Shown piece by piece: positions 30,329-32,000 of a stretch of DNA of 32,000 bases (positions within the stretch are counted from its first letter, which is position 1; each line of letters opens with the position of its first letter). This DNA is from Mycobacterium leprae TN. Its GTDB lineage: Bacteria > Actinomycetota > Actinomycetes > Mycobacteriales > Mycobacteriaceae. The stretch is taken from contig NC_002677.1 of assembly GCF_000195855.1 (NCBI RefSeq), positions 3,030,001 through 3,062,000 of the forward strand, given 5' to 3'. The translations under genes were made by a program, and so were the position numbers. The notes under the pieces are model-generated. The model worked only from the letters and a program-made list of their open reading frames with translations. It was not told the origin of the DNA and did not search any database.

Positions 30329-31428
30329 CCTCACCGAATCGTTCCACCCGACGCTAAAACGAAAATCTCTGTGCGAAAACACTTACACCAACATAGTCAG
30401 ATCAACCAAATGCTATGATAATTTGGCTGATAATATCGCTTATCATGCATCCTCCTATCGTGGCAGCTGTATAACAAATCATAGTGACCAAAATTTATGG
30501 TAGTCAGTGATATTAATGGAGATGCCAACGCTATTGCATTGGCTGATCAAAAGTTGTCAAATTACGCGTGCCACGGTGCAGTCAAACTTTTGAGGCTTCT
30601 TACGGCTTTGCAAAGCAGAATATTGCGACATCCAAAGGGTCGTAATAATATCCAAAGAAGTTTGTCGTACCCAATAGAGCAGTGCTGACATCATCGCTAA
30701 GACTCACCAAGATTGCGGACAATTCAACGAATACGAGCTCCTCATACCTTTTCCATTGGATGTAATCGTACCAACACCCCGATTCCACCTGCCTGTGCGG
30801 AATCCTAGCGTTGGTGGCTACGCGCTTCACCATGTTGCTTGCTAGACGTCTCTTAAAGGATGTAGAGAGAAAAAGAAGAAGACAGCAGGTGTCGTCGTTG
30901 CCATGATATCCGGGTCCGGACGGTATAACAGCCGCGAAGAAGAGCTTCGGCGGGATCTTAAGTGCCAGAAAGGAAAAACTTACCACGTGCCAAATTGGAT
31001 ATAGGCTGGGTCGGTGACTGATTGCATGATTTCCTCCGCTGCTGTTTCTCTTCAGGGATCGGAAACCTTAAGTGGTACTTAACTATTTGTGCATCAGTCC
31101 GCTGAGTTGACTAGCACTCTCACTCCAGAAGAACATTGAAACGGCTTGGTGACGGAGTCTCTGATCATGCAAAAGAGTTTCCCTCCAAAATCCTAGAAAT
31201 GCCAAACCAATTCGGTTACCCCGTGAGGATATGTACGCATACCTTACGGATCCGCAAGGACCCTTGGTACACACCCAATGTCAACACCCTGCACAACCTC
31301 GGGTCATATATAATATTGGTGTATGATACTGATGTCATCGAAATTGCCTTCTTGAAGGCTGAACGAACTTGACATTCGGATTCGTCTTACGACGGTTAAG
31401 AAGGCATTTTTCCGTCAAGGAGAACACA
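30329..31428. other. 1.1-kb low-GC orphan spacer between fabG4 and htdX
   Basis: Counted GC is 22/60 (30361-30420) and 24/60 (30421-30480). The flanking genes are visibly much more GC-rich; I did not count them. I recognise no homology in any of six frames. The boundaries coincide with the fabG4 stop and the htdX SD. Confidence 0.8.
30600..30986 (-). CDS. Orphan hypothetical ORF (128 codons, GTG start) antisense to the fabG4-htdX direction; coding status doubtful
   Basis: This is the longest ORF in the low-GC segment. Its composition is atypical for the host. It is preceded by an SD-led 15-codon mini-ORF (31027->30980) whose stop overlaps its GTG. I recognise no family. Confidence 0.2.
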   Translation of the reverse strand: MVSFSFLALKIPPKLFFAAVIPSGPGYHGNDDTCCLLLFLSTSFKRRLASNMVKRVATNARIPHRQVESGCWYDYIQWKRYEELVFVELSAILVSLSDDVSTALLGTTNFFGYYYDPLDVAIFCFAKP

Positions 31429-32000
31429 GTGAACCAGCCAAGCGGCTTGAAGAATATTTTGCGCGCGATCGTCGGGGCATTACCACTTCTGCCCCGGACA
31501 GACCAGCTGCCCAGCCGGACGGTGACCATCGAAGAACTACCCATCGACCACACGAACGTGTCGGCCTATGCGTCGGTTACCGGTCTACGGTACGGCAATC
31601 ACGTGCCGCTGACATACCCGTTCGCGTTGACTTTTCCCGCTATGATGTCCCTGGTGACTGGATTCGACTTCCCCTTCGCCGCAATGGGATCAGTACATAC
31701 AGAGAATCACATCACGCAGTACCGGCCGATCGCTGTGACCGACGTCGTCGGTGTGCAAGTGCATGCCGAGAACCTCCGCGAACACAGAAAGGGCCTGCTG
31801 GTAGACTTAGTTACCGACGTCAGCGTCGGTAACGACACCGCGTGGCATCAGGTGACTACCTTCCTACACCTGCAACGCACCAGCTTGTCCGACGAGCCCA
31901 AACCACCGTCCCAGAAACAGCCCAAACTTCTCCCTCCGAGCGCTGTACTGCAGATCACCCCCAGGCAAATCCGCCGCTACGCCGCTGTCGGCGGTGACCA
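31429..32000 (+). CDS. htdX: 3-hydroxyacyl-thioester dehydratase HtdX (MaoC/hotdog), 5' part; continues beyond the window
   Basis: It is missing from the ORF track because no stop occurs in the window. GTG at 31429 with AAGGAGA at 31418-31424. The translation VNQPSGLKNILRAIVGALPLLPRTDQLPSRTVTIEELPIDHTNVSAYASVTGLRYGNHVPLTYPFALTFPAMMSLVTGFDFPFAAMGSVHTENHITQYRPIAVTD... matches the remembered Mtb Rv0241c closely. Confidence 0.9.
   Translation, partial: MNQPSGLKNILRAIVGALPLLPRTDQLPSRTVTIEELPIDHTNVSAYASVTGLRYGNHVPLTYPFALTFPAMMSLVTGFDFPFAAMGSVHTENHITQYRPIAVTDVVGVQVHAENLREHRKGLLVDLVTDVSVGNDTAWHQVTTFLHLQRTSLSDEPKPPSQKQPKLLPPSAVLQITPRQIRRYAAVGGD

Noticed and set aside
31335-31553. A 72-codon minus-strand ORF spanning the htdX start.
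   Set aside because: It is antisense to the well-supported htdX N-terminus and has no independent support.

Overview
The window looks like a reductively evolved mycobacterial chromosome of the Mycobacterium leprae type (M. leprae or a very close relative such as M. lepromatosis). I infer this from protein similarity and gene order only. It is colinear, in inverted orientation, with the M. tuberculosis H37Rv Rv0271c->Rv0241c region as I remember it. By my coordinates only about 9.7 kb (about 30%) is intact coding sequence. The intact genes are fadD2, a pxpB/pxpC (KipI/KipA) pair, aac(2'), a small Rv0250c-like protein, a flavin reductase, and the lipid cluster fadE5, fadA2, fabG4 and htdX (htdX runs off the 3' edge). 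The rest is pseudogene wreckage that is still recognisable by translation: an acyl-CoA dehydrogenase, a LigD-PolDom-like primase, an iron-siderophore binding lipoprotein, narK3, an IS110-family transposase, a PPE remnant, cobQ, cobU, nirD, nirB, the acr2/hsp alpha-crystallin, the three-gene Sdh1-type succinate dehydrogenase/fumarate reductase operon and a 2OG-Fe(II) oxygenase. I saw no rRNA, tRNA, CRISPR array or RLEP-type dispersed repeat. The features least explained by ordinary annotation are sharply bounded, very AT-rich tracts in the spacers around the surviving lipid genes. The main one is a 1.1-kb low-GC orphan segment that splits fabG4 from htdX and carries antisense ORFs with a canonical Shine-Dalgarno (SD) sequence. 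Others are a perfect 36-bp palindrome followed by a tract of tandem repeats sampled at 17-22% GC between fadE5 and fadA2, and a phased TTGAy-box array upstream of fadE5. I found no evidence for a defence or other novel multi-gene system. All homology calls come from reading translations, not from database searches.
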